Notes under the pieces: generated by a model
Seen by the model: the letters and a program-made list of their open reading frames with translations, nothing else
Database searches by the model: none
What the model was told of the DNA's origin: nothing
Part shown: positions 15,849-26,174 of the stretch, piece after piece
Layout: each line of letters starts with the position of its first letter
Position numbering within the stretch: the stretch's first letter is position 1
Position numbers and translations under genes: made by a program
Source: a virus
Lineage: Duplodnaviria > Caudoviricetes
DNA: 36,810 bases
Virus record (IMG/VR): IMGVR_UViG_3300020236_000094
Coordinates: 1-36,810 of that record
Reading direction: 5' to 3' (one strand)

Positions 15849-17617
15849 ATTTCCAGATTATCTATCTGGAAAGCAACAGTAGTATCCAGGTAGGCCCCTA
15901 TTTTCACACCATCAGCCTTACCGGTTGGGGAGAAGTTAGCATGTGAGATTTTAGCCTTGAAGGACCCACCATAGACAATTGATGGATTTCCATAATAATA
16001 AGCGCCCCCATAGACTGGGAATGTCTCACCAGCTAATGGCCCTTTCATCTTTATAGTTGATTCAGTTTTATTGTATTCATTCGACCAATCGAAACTTAAG
16101 GTCACTTCTGAATCACCAATTCTTCGATATTGAATACGCCCTATCAGCCACTGATTTTTAAAGTTTATTTCATCAAGGATTCTGGTCTTTCTGTAGGTGA
16201 TAATCGTTGTTGAGTTATCCCCTATCCCAGATCCATTAAGATCATAGATATTGCCGATATCATCACCAAAGTAAATAGAATAGGTTGTTTTACCGGGCCG
16301 CCTGATATAGACAGCTGCATTGGTATTGAAATTAAAAGCAAGGCTTGTCTTATACACAGACCAGGGGGAGACCTGTTTTGAAAAAAGAACATCTTTAAAC
16401 AGAACAAGAACTTTCCCGGTAACAAAGAAAAGGACTTTCTGGTTGTTCTGATCATATACAGTAATGCTTTCTTCCAAATCCTTTACAGTTGTTTGTATCC
16501 AGCGTGACATATCATTGGCCTGAATATCACTAGAGGTATCTGTAGCGATGACTGACTCAATATTCCCACCCTCACGCATATAGACAATATCATTCCCTAT
16601 ATTGGCTACTGTTTCAGTGCCTACTGCACGTGACCCTGAATAGTATGATATCCATGAATAGTTGGTTGTATCAAAGCCTGTCAGCCTGAACAGGCGTCCT
16701 CCAGCTGTTGATATAATCAGTTGGCGGTTAAATAGTGCAACACCGTTAATCGCCCTTAGATCAGGTGTCAGCATGTAAAAGGCTGCCTCTGGTATTGGAG
16801 AGCCATCGGCTGCACGCTGTGAGGTCGAATAGTTTTCAGCATCTTCAAAAAATGACCCAACCAGCATATGTGGATTTTTATTATTCCCTGTTGTCAGATT
16901 AAACAGCCAGTTTCTGCCGTTATGTACAATACAGTACTTTGCAAAAATCTCCTCTCCAATCTGTGATGTCCCATGTGTTGTTGAATTCCCAATCCCGGCT
17001 GTGGTTGTGAATGTGAAATTATTGGCATCAACCTGGGTTATTTCATACTCCCCGTTAAGCCCTGAAGGGACAGCATCAGCAACCGTTATTAGATCCCCGG
17101 AACTATAACCATGCGATACAATATTGATTGTGTAGGTTCCAGATGATTCCACGATAGAGACATTAGTAACAGCCGATCCTGTTAACTGGTTAGTTTTTAA
17201 TCGAGTACAGGTTACCCCATCCCACTTAAGCAAAGGGGTGACCTTTAACATATCAGTAATGACTATAAACTCATCAAGTCCCCAATAACAACTTCTAAGT
17301 TTTGATGCTGCATCAAGGTTATTGGTTCGCTTTGAAGTAAAGGTTGCTCCTCCATCCCATTCATAGACAGTAGGTGTTGTGGCATCTGCCTCAAACACAA
17401 GGGTTGTTTCGTCAGAAACAGCATTGCCTTTCTTGATCAATTGCATAATGCCATTGATGGGCTTTGTGAGTGTAGCGGTTCCTTTTAGATCAATCGGAGC
17501 ACGTGGTTTTAGTGCCCTATCCTGTGTCCCAAGCTCAAAGTTCCAGCCCTCCTGGCATTCAATAGCCTGAGCGTCTTCATTCTCATTCAGTCCTCCTTCA
17601 AACGTTATTTGTGCCAT
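15845..17617 (-). CDS. Tail nozzle / tail tubular protein B-like
   Basis: MAQITFEGGLN start; beta-propeller-like; synteny; inserted HGYSSGDLIT...LNGEYEIT domain. Confidence 0.8.
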   Translation of the reverse strand: MAQITFEGGLNENEDAQAIECQEGWNFELGTQDRALKPRAPIDLKGTATLTKPINGIMQLIKKGNAVSDETTLVFEADATTPTVYEWDGGATFTSKRTNNLDAASKLRSCYWGLDEFIVITDMLKVTPLLKWDGVTCTRLKTNQLTGSAVTNVSIVESSGTYTINIVSHGYSSGDLITVADAVPSGLNGEYEITQVDANNFTFTTTAGIGNSTTHGTSQIGEEIFAKYCIVHNGRNWLFNLTTGNNKNPHMLVGSFFEDAENYSTSQRAADGSPIPEAAFYMLTPDLRAINGVALFNRQLIISTAGGRLFRLTGFDTTNYSWISYYSGSRAVGTETVANIGNDIVYMREGGNIESVIATDTSSDIQANDMSRWIQTTVKDLEESITVYDQNNQKVLFFVTGKVLVLFKDVLFSKQVSPWSVYKTSLAFNFNTNAAVYIRRPGKTTYSIYFGDDIGNIYDLNGSGIGDNSTTIITYRKTRILDEINFKNQWLIGRIQYRRIGDSEVTLSFDWSNEYNKTESTIKMKGPLAGETFPVYGGAYYYGNPSIVYGGSFKAKISHANFSPTGKADGVKIGAYLDTTVAFQIDNLEI

Positions 17618-18339
17618 TACCTATACACATGACCATAACGGGTTGCAGGGGCTTTTGGACGGAGTAAATCAATTAATGCAGCTTTACTGGATGAATAAAT
17701 AATGTCAGATTCAAGTCCTGGAAGGGAAAGGTTTTCAAACATGTACTTCATTGACCGTGCAGCCATATTTGCGAACATATCGAATTCCATGGAATTTGTG
17801 AAGGGCATTTGATCTCCTTCACCAGAGACTGAAACATCCTTTTCGTAGGAATAACGTAGTTTTATTCCTGCTTTACTCGCATCAGGGATCATATAGAACC
17901 CAATTTGTTTGGTTGTTCCATTAACCCAGTACCACCATATGGGGTTTCCTTCGATAACCCGGTAGTTATGAATTGTCAATCTGAGCCGCTGTTCTCCCCC
18001 TTTATATTCATACAGGTATTGAGTCGTTGCCTGGTTACTTGCATCAAGCTCTACAAGGTAGGGAAGAGCATTGGTGGTTTCTATAGAAAAGTGGATGAAA
18101 TCATTTGCCAGAGCATAGTTGCGTTGCCCCTGAACATAAGTCAGAGTTGCTTCCGTTTCCTCATAGGGGATCATTCTGGATGAAACAAGTTCGATCAGGG
18201 TCAGGTTTATGGCTATTTTTGCCATATTAAGGGTTGCCTGATGCTGTGTTGTGCTGAAGGTTGTCAGATCATCATCATTATCCCCAATAAAGCCATTAGT
18301 CCTCAATACACGATTGGCAGCATCCAAGAAGGTACTCAC
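17617..18339 (-). CDS. Head-tail adaptor / tail tubular protein A-like
   Basis: TFLDAANRVL...GQRNYALANDF...GNP...PD pattern; synteny. Confidence 0.75.
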   Translation of the reverse strand: MSTFLDAANRVLRTNGFIGDNDDDLTTFSTTQHQATLNMAKIAINLTLIELVSSRMIPYEETEATLTYVQGQRNYALANDFIHFSIETTNALPYLVELDASNQATTQYLYEYKGGEQRLRLTIHNYRVIEGNPIWWYWVNGTTKQIGFYMIPDASKAGIKLRYSYEKDVSVSGEGDQMPFTNSMEFDMFANMAARSMKYMFENLSLPGLESDIIYSSSKAALIDLLRPKAPATRYGHVYR

Positions 18340-18554
18340 TTTATCATGCCCCCATAAACTGATTTTAAGGCGGCTATCAGGTCTTCTTTAACCCCTTGTG
18401 GGGTTTTTTTGCGTCCACTCATATTGCCTATAAAACCATGTACAACAATCGGAATTTCGACAGGGGCCTCCCCTGGGATAAAGATGCTAATACGTAATAC
18501 CAGGTCTCGACCGGCATTAATGTCAGGGTTTTGGGGACCACGTTTTTTCTGCAT
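18336..18554 (-). CDS. Hypothetical protein
   Basis: AAGGA RBS; GTGA overlap with adaptor. Confidence 0.6.
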   Translation of the reverse strand: MQKKRGPQNPDINAGRDLVLRISIFIPGEAPVEIPIVVHGFIGNMSGRKKTPQGVKEDLIAALKSVYGGMIK

Positions 18555-18570
18555 AGGAGTCCTTAAGGGA

Positions 18571-18590
18571 AAGTGCCCCGAAGGGCACTT
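18571..18590 (-). terminator. Stem-loop after capsid gene (partial terminator or mRNA stabiliser)
   Basis: AAGTGCCC-TTCG-GGGCACTT on the minus strand; weak U tract. Confidence 0.6.
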
Positions 18591-18596
18591 ATCTGT

Positions 18597-19670
18597 TTAA
18601 GCGAGGAGTGATGCCCCGGTCTGTACATGGACGACCCAGCCATTATTAAGGACGGCTCCTGCAAACCATGCTTTCCAGGCTAATGTTCCAAACTCATTCA
18701 TTGGATCACCTGCCCCGGCAGAACCTGGGAGGTGTTGGATGACCTCAACGGCTTTGATGGTGTCATACATCATCTTTTGTGAGGTCTCATGCCCCTGGCC
18801 CAGACCTACTGACCCGATGGCTTCCTGACCATAGATGAAGGATGAATACACATCACTTGTTGCCGCTGATGAACTAAATCGAAGTCCAGTAGCAGAACCC
18901 CCCCCACCCAGAACAATAGTTCCTGCTAATGGGCTGGTAGACCAGCGTACACCATTGAGTGTACCGATCTCCCCTATTAGGGATTCCATATACCCGGCAT
19001 ACTGTTCAACGCCGACAAAGCCTGCCAGTGCCCGGAGGTCTTCTTCAACATCCGGATGACAGATTCCATAGAAAGCCTCTCGGACGGCCTTGGTATCAAT
19101 CCGGTCCATGCCTTCCCCCTGTGTTTGAAAGGTCAGGGCTGAGTTCCGATTAAGCTGATTGACAGCATACTTAATGTCATTGCTGGAGAGAGCAGTTACC
19201 ACAGCCCCAGCACTGGCGACGGCAGAACCGAACCGGTTAGTCGTCGTTGACTGATAGATGTCGATCATCAGTTCATTGAGCGATTCACCAGCATTGCCTC
19301 CCAGGGTGTTCATATAGTTAATGCCCCTGAGATTCATCTGGATCAGATCGACTTCTTCATTCATATCAATGAAGTTACCGTATTTCAGTGGGGTTGCTGT
19401 AACAACAGAGACTGTTGCAACGACTGGGGTTCGCCCGTTTTGAAAAGCACGGGTAGAGCCTGTTGTCGTCTCACCGAGGGCTGTTTTAGTGATAGCCAGG
19501 TTGTTGATGCGCTCCCACTTAACAGCAGGTGCCCCCATATTCATCGACAGAGTGCCGGGGAGGGTTCCGTTAAAGAACGGGAGTTTCTTTTTAGCTGCAC
19601 TTAAAAGGCCGCGCATCAGGTCGAAATTGACACCCGATGGGGCAGCTGTAGCCAGGTTGGTAATTGCCAT
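18597..19670 (-). CDS. Major capsid protein, N4-gp56 family
   Basis: YGICHPDVEEDLR...F..VEQYA...GEIG...GVRW...DPMNEFGTLAWKAW. Confidence 0.9.
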   Translation of the reverse strand: MAITNLATAAPSGVNFDLMRGLLSAAKKKLPFFNGTLPGTLSMNMGAPAVKWERINNLAITKTALGETTTGSTRAFQNGRTPVVATVSVVTATPLKYGNFIDMNEEVDLIQMNLRGINYMNTLGGNAGESLNELMIDIYQSTTTNRFGSAVASAGAVVTALSSNDIKYAVNQLNRNSALTFQTQGEGMDRIDTKAVREAFYGICHPDVEEDLRALAGFVGVEQYAGYMESLIGEIGTLNGVRWSTSPLAGTIVLGGGGSATGLRFSSSAATSDVYSSFIYGQEAIGSVGLGQGHETSQKMMYDTIKAVEVIQHLPGSAGAGDPMNEFGTLAWKAWFAGAVLNNGWVVHVQTGASLLA

Positions 19671-19690
19671 GATTTATATCCTCATTTGAC

Positions 19691-19733
19691 CCTTCACAGG
19701 GTCCGGGAACCTCTCTACTGAGAGGGTGACTGC
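19691..19733 (-). promoter_or_regulatory. Two hairpins in the capsid mRNA leader
   Basis: CCTCTC-AGTA-GAGAGG and GACCCT-GTGA-AGGGTC just 5' of the GAGG RBS. Confidence 0.45.
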
Positions 19734-19761
19734 TGTCTCACGACAGTAATCAAGTTGAAGG

Positions 19762-20412
19762 TTATAGTGCCCCTTGTGCTCTGAGCTTGTTCCACAGACG
19801 GTCTCTTTCTGCATCTGTTTTACAGTCATCAAAAGCAGCCTGGAGCGGATTATCATCCGTTTCCTTGGACTTTGTAGCCAGTGCCTGTTGTGATGCTTTT
19901 GCTGCTTTATGATCCTCAAGGGCTTCTGAACTTGGCAAAGTCCATTTGCTCTGAATATCAGTTTTGACCGCAGTCAGGACTTTATCCAGTGCACGTGGGT
20001 TCTGTCTTCGATTGTCCCAGATCTTCCTGAAGGAAGGGTTATTGGCGGCAAGGGATTCCAGATGGGCACGAACCATGCCCGGGTCAAAGTTCAGACCATC
20101 ATTGATCTTGGTAACAGCGGTAGTAATTTCGCCTTCAACTTGATGTTGTTTTTCAGATCGCTGGGATGCATCGACCTGACCTTTCAACGTCTGTACTTCG
20201 GCTTGCAGTACACTTACCGTCTGGTTTTGCTGGTTAGCCCATGAATTTATCGAACTTTCATCCAGTGGGTCCAGTGTAACCAGGGATAGTGGTTGCGGGG
20301 CTGCTGGTTCTGGCTCAGCAGGGGCCGGAACATTAAATTCCGATGCTATGGAATCAATGGTCTGTTCAACAGAGACTTCAGGAATCTCATTCTCCTGTGT
20401 CATTTCAGTCAT
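19762..20412 (-). CDS. Capsid scaffolding protein
   Basis: Acidic, Pro-rich N-terminus and coiled coil; immediately upstream of MCP. Confidence 0.75.
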   Translation of the reverse strand: MTEMTQENEIPEVSVEQTIDSIASEFNVPAPAEPEPAAPQPLSLVTLDPLDESSINSWANQQNQTVSVLQAEVQTLKGQVDASQRSEKQHQVEGEITTAVTKINDGLNFDPGMVRAHLESLAANNPSFRKIWDNRRQNPRALDKVLTAVKTDIQSKWTLPSSEALEDHKAAKASQQALATKSKETDDNPLQAAFDDCKTDAERDRLWNKLRAQGAL

Positions 20413-20602
20413 TTTTTACTCCAAATAAGTGTAAACAAAGTTCAAAACCATCCAGTTGTGCTGAAGTGAATTTCATTTCCTCTTCATTCGACATATCATA
20501 CCGTGGTATAACAGGTGCATGGGATTTTACCTCTTTTACCAATCCCCGATACAGAGGGTTAGTGTTAAGTTCAAGAAGAAATGATTTAGTTGCTGCGTCC
20601 AA
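20405..20602 (-). CDS. Small conserved protein downstream of portal
   Basis: Overlaps both neighbours; synteny. Confidence 0.65.
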   Translation of the reverse strand: MDAATKSFLLELNTNPLYRGLVKEVKSHAPVIPRYDMSNEEEMKFTSAQLDGFELCLHLFGVKND

Positions 20603-22436
20603 AGGCTTTATCTATCCTTGATAGGGCTTGAAGTTCACGAATGGCAATTGATAGCTGTTCTTTTTCCAGTTCTTTTTGTTCGATCTCAAGTGAATGTTCT
20701 TCATCCTGGAACTGGAACTTCTGTATTTCCTGATTGAGTTGAGCAATCTGACTCTGGAAGGTCTGGACAATCTGCTGTATTTTCTGATTAATCGCCTGCT
20801 GTTCATCCTGATTAACCAGGAACCGTTCTGGGTTTTTAACACCGGCATCGAGGTACATTTCAAGTGCAAGCACATCCTGCTTGAGTAATTGTGGATTAGT
20901 CTGCATCCAGAAAGCAGTTACAGCTGTTGCTTGCTGTGACCGTCTTGCCTCACCAAGTACACCTTTTGACCCAACAATTTCAAAAACAGCATTTTTTGCC
21001 AGGTCATTTTTACTTGCACGGTTAAAGTCCGGGTTATCACTTTCAGAAGAATAGTAGGGATAATTATCCAGATTTAGCAGATTGAACTGGTGTTGAATAT
21101 ATAAAAAGGTTCTGAGTCCATACAGTTCATGTTTATCCACAAATGAAATCGTTCTAAGTTCAGACCCTTTTTCAGCTGTAACGACTTCTGTTGCAGTTTG
21201 TTCTGTCCCGGCTGAAACCCCGGTTCGGGGACTTGAAACAGCAGTACCACTCTGGACTTGTTCAATGCCGAACTGAAGTCCTGCCAGCGCAGATTCAGGG
21301 CTTCCGACATCCAGTATTTGCAACTGGGCTGATGTTTTATGTCCTATCTTTGCTCCTGGCTCAAGGACAGGGCCCCCATCCTGAACAAACTGGGGGTCAT
21401 TGGCATTATAGCCGATAGGGGGTTCTATCTTCATATCGATAGAGTCTATTAACTGGTTCGCCATGATAGAGCTTGCTTTCTGCCAGGGGCTTTGTTTTGT
21501 AATTGGACTGACAAAATAAGGATCACGAATATCCAGTTTTTCGTACCCAACAAATATAATTTCCGGGAAGGGTAAAGAGTTTGGTCGATAATGAATGATC
21601 AAGCCATTAGCGGTAATGACCCGACAGTTTGGGAGAAACAAATCCCCCCCTTTGCGTTCAATAACAAGATCACCGTATCGATAGACCAGTTCAACATCAT
21701 CTGTTTCATCCTCACCATTTTTATGCTTTTCCTGGTCAATCCTGTTTAGGTTGAAATAGGGGTAGTCTTTTATCCCTTTTAGTCTACGGACTTTATATAA
21801 GGGCATGTATTTAACAATCAGCATGGAACCTTGATAGAAGGGATTATTAATAATTGAGGTTGATGGGTCTGGATAGCAGTTCCACATAGAATGTGGAACC
21901 CATGCAGGGGCCGCTTTAAGTTCAACACGTCCTTCAGGTGTCAGGAGTATGGATTCCCACTCAACGGTAGCAACATAGCTACCATGGTGAAGGGCTTCTT
22001 TTACAGAAGAGTCCACACGGTTTTTCAGGCCGAAATCAAGGTGCTGTTGTGCCATTAAGGACCGCAGCAGGCCATCTTCAATATCCTGTATTTTCTTATC
22101 GAACAGTTTTTCACCTGTTTCCTGGTTTAAGGGAAAATCAAGCTCTTGTTTAGCCTCAAACCAGGTTCTATTCTGTGGGAAGGTCAGCCGTCTTACATCA
22201 GCAGACCACACTTCTGATGCTTTGGTCAATTCACCCAGTTCTATAGCTGAACGCCAATCGGGTGTTCCATCCCCTCTGGATATACGGCGTAGGGGCTTCA
22301 TAGCAACCTGCCGATCAACCTCTGCCCATATTTTCTCTGCATCTTGCCGATAGGTAGATCCCTGGCGGTCTTTTAATTCATTTCTAATCTGTGTTTCGAC
22401 CTTGTTCCAGTCTTTTTGTGTGATTTTTTTAGCCAT
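20586..22436 (-). CDS. Portal protein
   Basis: 616 aa after terL; ALHHGS, YPDP, TATEV and C-terminal Q-rich barrel helix as in P22-type portals. Confidence 0.85.
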   Translation of the reverse strand: MAKKITQKDWNKVETQIRNELKDRQGSTYRQDAEKIWAEVDRQVAMKPLRRISRGDGTPDWRSAIELGELTKASEVWSADVRRLTFPQNRTWFEAKQELDFPLNQETGEKLFDKKIQDIEDGLLRSLMAQQHLDFGLKNRVDSSVKEALHHGSYVATVEWESILLTPEGRVELKAAPAWVPHSMWNCYPDPSTSIINNPFYQGSMLIVKYMPLYKVRRLKGIKDYPYFNLNRIDQEKHKNGEDETDDVELVYRYGDLVIERKGGDLFLPNCRVITANGLIIHYRPNSLPFPEIIFVGYEKLDIRDPYFVSPITKQSPWQKASSIMANQLIDSIDMKIEPPIGYNANDPQFVQDGGPVLEPGAKIGHKTSAQLQILDVGSPESALAGLQFGIEQVQSGTAVSSPRTGVSAGTEQTATEVVTAEKGSELRTISFVDKHELYGLRTFLYIQHQFNLLNLDNYPYYSSESDNPDFNRASKNDLAKNAVFEIVGSKGVLGEARRSQQATAVTAFWMQTNPQLLKQDVLALEMYLDAGVKNPERFLVNQDEQQAINQKIQQIVQTFQSQIAQLNQEIQKFQFQDEEHSLEIEQKELEKEQLSIAIRELQALSRIDKAFGRSN

Positions 22437-23915
22437 TTACCAGTTTTCAACCCTTTGTCGTTTTACAAGGCGAAGTTTTGGAGCCGGTTGTGTTGTTGCA
22501 TGTCGTATAGACATAACAGCATAGCGTGTTGCATCGAGTGCATCATCTTTTACTTTGTGGATGACTGAACGGCCATTCATAATCTTACGATGGTATTGGC
22601 GTTTTTCCTTGAACCAGTCTTCAAGATCGTTAAAGACTTTAAAACGGCCTGTCTGCATCCGTTCGAGTATCTCCATCAGGCCGGCTTCGACGCCTATTCC
22701 GCCTTTCCCCTCTTCTTCACCCGGCCCTGGAGGATTGGTGAAGTGGTGTTCCATCATTTGTGTTAAGCCTTCTTCACTGTATAGATTTCTTAAGGTCTTG
22801 CCAGACTTTGGGTCTTCTTTCATGCCATCATGTGGCCAGGCGATGGGAATCCATAACTCTGAACGGTGTTTTATAGCACTGACATTAGTTGATATAAGTG
22901 CTTTCCGCTGTTTATAGACATCGGTAATATAAATAACATCTGTTTCAGAATCCCATGCAATAGAGACAAAGGCGAAGGGATGGTCAACACCAAAGTCAAT
23001 CCCTGATATTTTAAAGAAGTGTTTGGGTATATCAAACCGATCACAGGATATTTCCTCGTCCATAATAGGAAAGACCATGCCGGTTCCCATGATTGGTTTT
23101 CCTGTCGAGCGCATTTCACGTTCATTTTCAGGGAACTGTTTAAGCAGTTCTTCCCGCCTATCTGATGTCATATGATCAGCATCATCCCAGGTGGCTTCTA
23201 TACAGGCTTGCCATGGTTCGATTGATTCAAGCACCTGTGTAACAACTTCAGTCCAGCCATTTTCAGGGGTAAAAGTCATCAGGATATTTTTTCTAAGCTT
23301 AGCCAGCTGACTTCGTTTGACTTGTGACAAAATGTCTTGTGGACACTCTTCGTCAAGCCATGCAAGGTCATACTTAACGCCCATAAAAGCATCAGGCCCC
23401 TGTTCAAAGGCCATAAACCGTATTTTTGACCACTGTCCTGAGACATGTTTTACCAAGATAGCTGATAGGGCATTGGGGACCCCGGCCTTTCGGGTTTGTT
23501 TGCCTAAACGGTCTTTAGGAATAGCCCCTGTACCGAACTTTGATTCATCAAATGCATCACCAACAAGTTCTGCCTGGCAGGTATCTCGTGTTGTCTCATT
23601 ACGCTTTCCGGCAACAAGGATATCGACAGCTTTATTAAATCGAACCCCTTCCCACCAGTCAGGATAAAGGCCTGTTGTATGGAAGCAGACTTCATTAGCG
23701 GCACAGGTTGTTTTCCCGATTTGATTAGCACTTACAAGGTACCGTTCTTGTGCTATATCATCATCGACAAGCTCATAATGTCCGGATTCACAGTAAGAGC
23801 CACGGGTTGCATGGTGGAAGGCTCTTTGAAAGGGATAGGGCTTATAGTATTCTATCTTATGTGTGAGGTTATAATGTGCAAGGTCTTCAAGGGCATTCAG
23901 AAGTTCCAGACTCAT
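22437..23915 (-). CDS. terL: Terminase large subunit
   Basis: Walker A SANQIGKT, Walker B AWLDEE, motif III TFTP, nuclease GIDFG...DDALDATRY. Confidence 0.95.
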   Translation of the reverse strand: MSLELLNALEDLAHYNLTHKIEYYKPYPFQRAFHHATRGSYCESGHYELVDDDIAQERYLVSANQIGKTTCAANEVCFHTTGLYPDWWEGVRFNKAVDILVAGKRNETTRDTCQAELVGDAFDESKFGTGAIPKDRLGKQTRKAGVPNALSAILVKHVSGQWSKIRFMAFEQGPDAFMGVKYDLAWLDEECPQDILSQVKRSQLAKLRKNILMTFTPENGWTEVVTQVLESIEPWQACIEATWDDADHMTSDRREELLKQFPENEREMRSTGKPIMGTGMVFPIMDEEISCDRFDIPKHFFKISGIDFGVDHPFAFVSIAWDSETDVIYITDVYKQRKALISTNVSAIKHRSELWIPIAWPHDGMKEDPKSGKTLRNLYSEEGLTQMMEHHFTNPPGPGEEEGKGGIGVEAGLMEILERMQTGRFKVFNDLEDWFKEKRQYHRKIMNGRSVIHKVKDDALDATRYAVMSIRHATTQPAPKLRLVKRQRVENW

Positions 23916-24412
23916 TTTGAAACTGTTACCATGAACTCATACCCGTGGTTTTGAAATTCAACAACAGTGAACCAGTCAAAAATCTTCGGCAGCCACCATG
24001 AATAGGGTTTTACTGTAGCATGTGCATTTACCCCCCCCGGTAAACATTTTTGAGCTTTTACTGTACAGATAAGGAAAAACCCTGCTTTGCCCATGACCCT
24101 GCTTAAATCTTTGAGCACATCATCAATACATTTTTGTTCAACATGTTCCATAACATCGATACAGGCAATGATGTCATGTTTCCCGGGGGTTCTGGAAAGT
24201 TCAGGGATCGATGGATCATAACTTGTTACATCAAGGTCGGGTAATGCCTTTTCAAGTGTTTGCTTCCCTGCTCCATAGTCAAGGATCATACGTGTTTTAT
24301 GCACATTTGCCAGGGATCGGATTATGCCTGCATAGTTATGCCCGGTTGTTCCCCATAGGGGATCTTCGTGTGCTTTTTCGTTGAGGTGTCTATAGTTCTC
24401 TGAGATAAGCAT
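23912..24412 (-). CDS. Class I SAM-dependent methyltransferase
   Basis: ILDYGAGK, YDP and CIDVMEHV motifs. Confidence 0.9.
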   Translation of the reverse strand: MLISENYRHLNEKAHEDPLWGTTGHNYAGIIRSLANVHKTRMILDYGAGKQTLEKALPDLDVTSYDPSIPELSRTPGKHDIIACIDVMEHVEQKCIDDVLKDLSRVMGKAGFFLICTVKAQKCLPGGVNAHATVKPYSWWLPKIFDWFTVVEFQNHGYEFMVTVSK

Positions 24413-25304
24413 TATAGTTTTGATAGACCCGTGCAGTAGGAACCCATGGTGTTTTTTCTTTCAGTCCCCAGCGCCATTGAAGGGCATTGAATATCTCCCC
24501 TTTCTTTGGTGTCAGGATAACCTCACAGGGAATCCCCAGTGAGGAGGCGAAGTGCATATTGGAGTTTGGAATACCGACAAGGCGAGTTAATACGCTGGTA
24601 ATGGCAAAAATATCCTCGATATCGTCCATCAGGTTGATATCCGGCACAAAGGCCCAGTCAGGATGGTGGACGTTCCCATACTGAAGTGAGACAGCCCCTT
24701 CAACATGCAGTTTTTCCGGATCTATATCCCCCTGCCTGCCATGAAAGACAATGCCAACAGGATGGGCAGGCAAAACCGCTTTCCAGTAAGCCACTTTCTC
24801 AGGTAAGGGCTTGATGTAGGGCTTTTTTGGGAATTTATCGGGCGTTGTCCAGTAAAGTCGTGCCAGATCCCCCATTAATAACTGAGCGTCATGGCCTTCA
24901 TCCCATGAGCTGTCATTTAAATCAACCCGTGCAATAAAGGTGTGTTGTGGGAAGGTCCGGGCAAACAACTCAGCCAGGCGTGGCTCACACTCAATCGTAC
25001 ACGGGGGAAGGTGGACAAAGGCCCCCGCAAACATGATTTCATCCCCAATGCCCTGCTCACCAAGGACCAGTAATTTACCCGTCCCTGTCCATTGGGGATA
25101 GTGTGTCGGGATCATCCCATCACGGGGCTTACGCAAGTTCCAGCCCTCATAATCAAGATATCCCAGGGTCATACGGGCGCAGCATATCCGCCACTGCCAT
25201 TCATACGTCATCTGCCGCAGGACTTTAAGGCCCCATCTGTTTTTTCTCCAGTCCCTATCAATTTTTACCCGGATTTTTTTCTTCCGCCATTCCGGCTCAT
25301 CCAT
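24390..25304 (-). CDS. GT-B glycosyltransferase (GT9/heptosyltransferase-like)
   Basis: LLVLGEQGIGDEIMFA...EPRLAELFARTFP...SLQYG...NSNMHFASSLG. Confidence 0.8.
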   Translation of the reverse strand: MDEPEWRKKKIRVKIDRDWRKNRWGLKVLRQMTYEWQWRICCARMTLGYLDYEGWNLRKPRDGMIPTHYPQWTGTGKLLVLGEQGIGDEIMFAGAFVHLPPCTIECEPRLAELFARTFPQHTFIARVDLNDSSWDEGHDAQLLMGDLARLYWTTPDKFPKKPYIKPLPEKVAYWKAVLPAHPVGIVFHGRQGDIDPEKLHVEGAVSLQYGNVHHPDWAFVPDINLMDDIEDIFAITSVLTRLVGIPNSNMHFASSLGIPCEVILTPKKGEIFNALQWRWGLKEKTPWVPTARVYQNYNAYLREL

Positions 25305-25342
25305 CCCCTGGGTGGCGATTAGATGCAGGGCTTGCCTGATCC

Positions 25343-26098
25343 CTAAGGTGTCCAGAGGACGCCTTCAAAACCCGCAGAGGTATCCAGCCCTGTTGTTGAT
25401 CCAATCGAATTTATATAGATGTCAAAGAATTCATCAATAACAATCGGGGTTATAAATTCATGGTGTATATGGGTTGTCCCATTCCGGATAGAGCCCGTCA
25501 GGCTCTGTATCCGCTCAACCTTCCCTGCCTTACCATCCCGAAAATATAACTTGGATAGAATCTGGTAAACCCCTCCCGTATCCTTGTTCGCATCTGAATG
25601 GAAGGCATTAAGATCTAGTTTCCTCCCCTTCGGCACTGTGTAAAATGCCATCGCCGACTGATTGTCTCCCGCTAATATAAATCCGTAAATAACCGCCGCT
25701 CCATCCGTTATACGAATATCACCTGCCGGTGCCGTTGTATCATCAACATATAACCGGAAAACCCGCCATAAGGCCGTCACTAACCCTACATTCGTCGTCC
25801 CATTAGTCAAAACCGACTGACTGACAAAATTCCCCGAAATATCCAGACCCTCAATCACAATACTGATCGATGTATCCCCAGCCTGTGTCGAGGATAACCC
25901 ATCAATCGGCGCCGTCCCAAAAGCCGGAAATCCCGGCGTATTCGTATACCGCGGCCCCCCTCCCCAAATCGTTAACTCACTCGTCCCCAAAGAAGAAAAA
26001 CGACCAAACTTATTTATCCCCTCCTCTCCCGTTACCCGACCTCGCGCAACTTCCCGCGTATATTCCATTATCTCATTGACCTCGCGCAACGCATCCAC
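25343..26098 (-). CDS. Conserved phage beta-rich protein, possibly virion-associated; start may be ATG 26068
   Basis: EVARG...INKFG...IWGGG..Y...NQSAMAFYTVP pattern seen in phage proteins. Confidence 0.75.
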   Translation of the reverse strand: MDALREVNEIMEYTREVARGRVTGEEGINKFGRFSSLGTSELTIWGGGPRYTNTPGFPAFGTAPIDGLSSTQAGDTSISIVIEGLDISGNFVSQSVLTNGTTNVGLVTALWRVFRLYVDDTTAPAGDIRITDGAAVIYGFILAGDNQSAMAFYTVPKGRKLDLNAFHSDANKDTGGVYQILSKLYFRDGKAGKVERIQSLTGSIRNGTTHIHHEFITPIVIDEFFDIYINSIGSTTGLDTSAGFEGVLWTP

Positions 26099-26174
26099 AA
26101 CCGAATACCCAGACTCAATAAGTTCTGCAACATCAGATAATGTACCAATCAGATCATCCTCACCAGATTTCGCT

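Noticed and set aside
7120-26079. Numerous plus-strand ORFs in the structural block (e.g. 10698-11270, 12057-12659)
   Set aside because: Antisense shadows of clear structural genes
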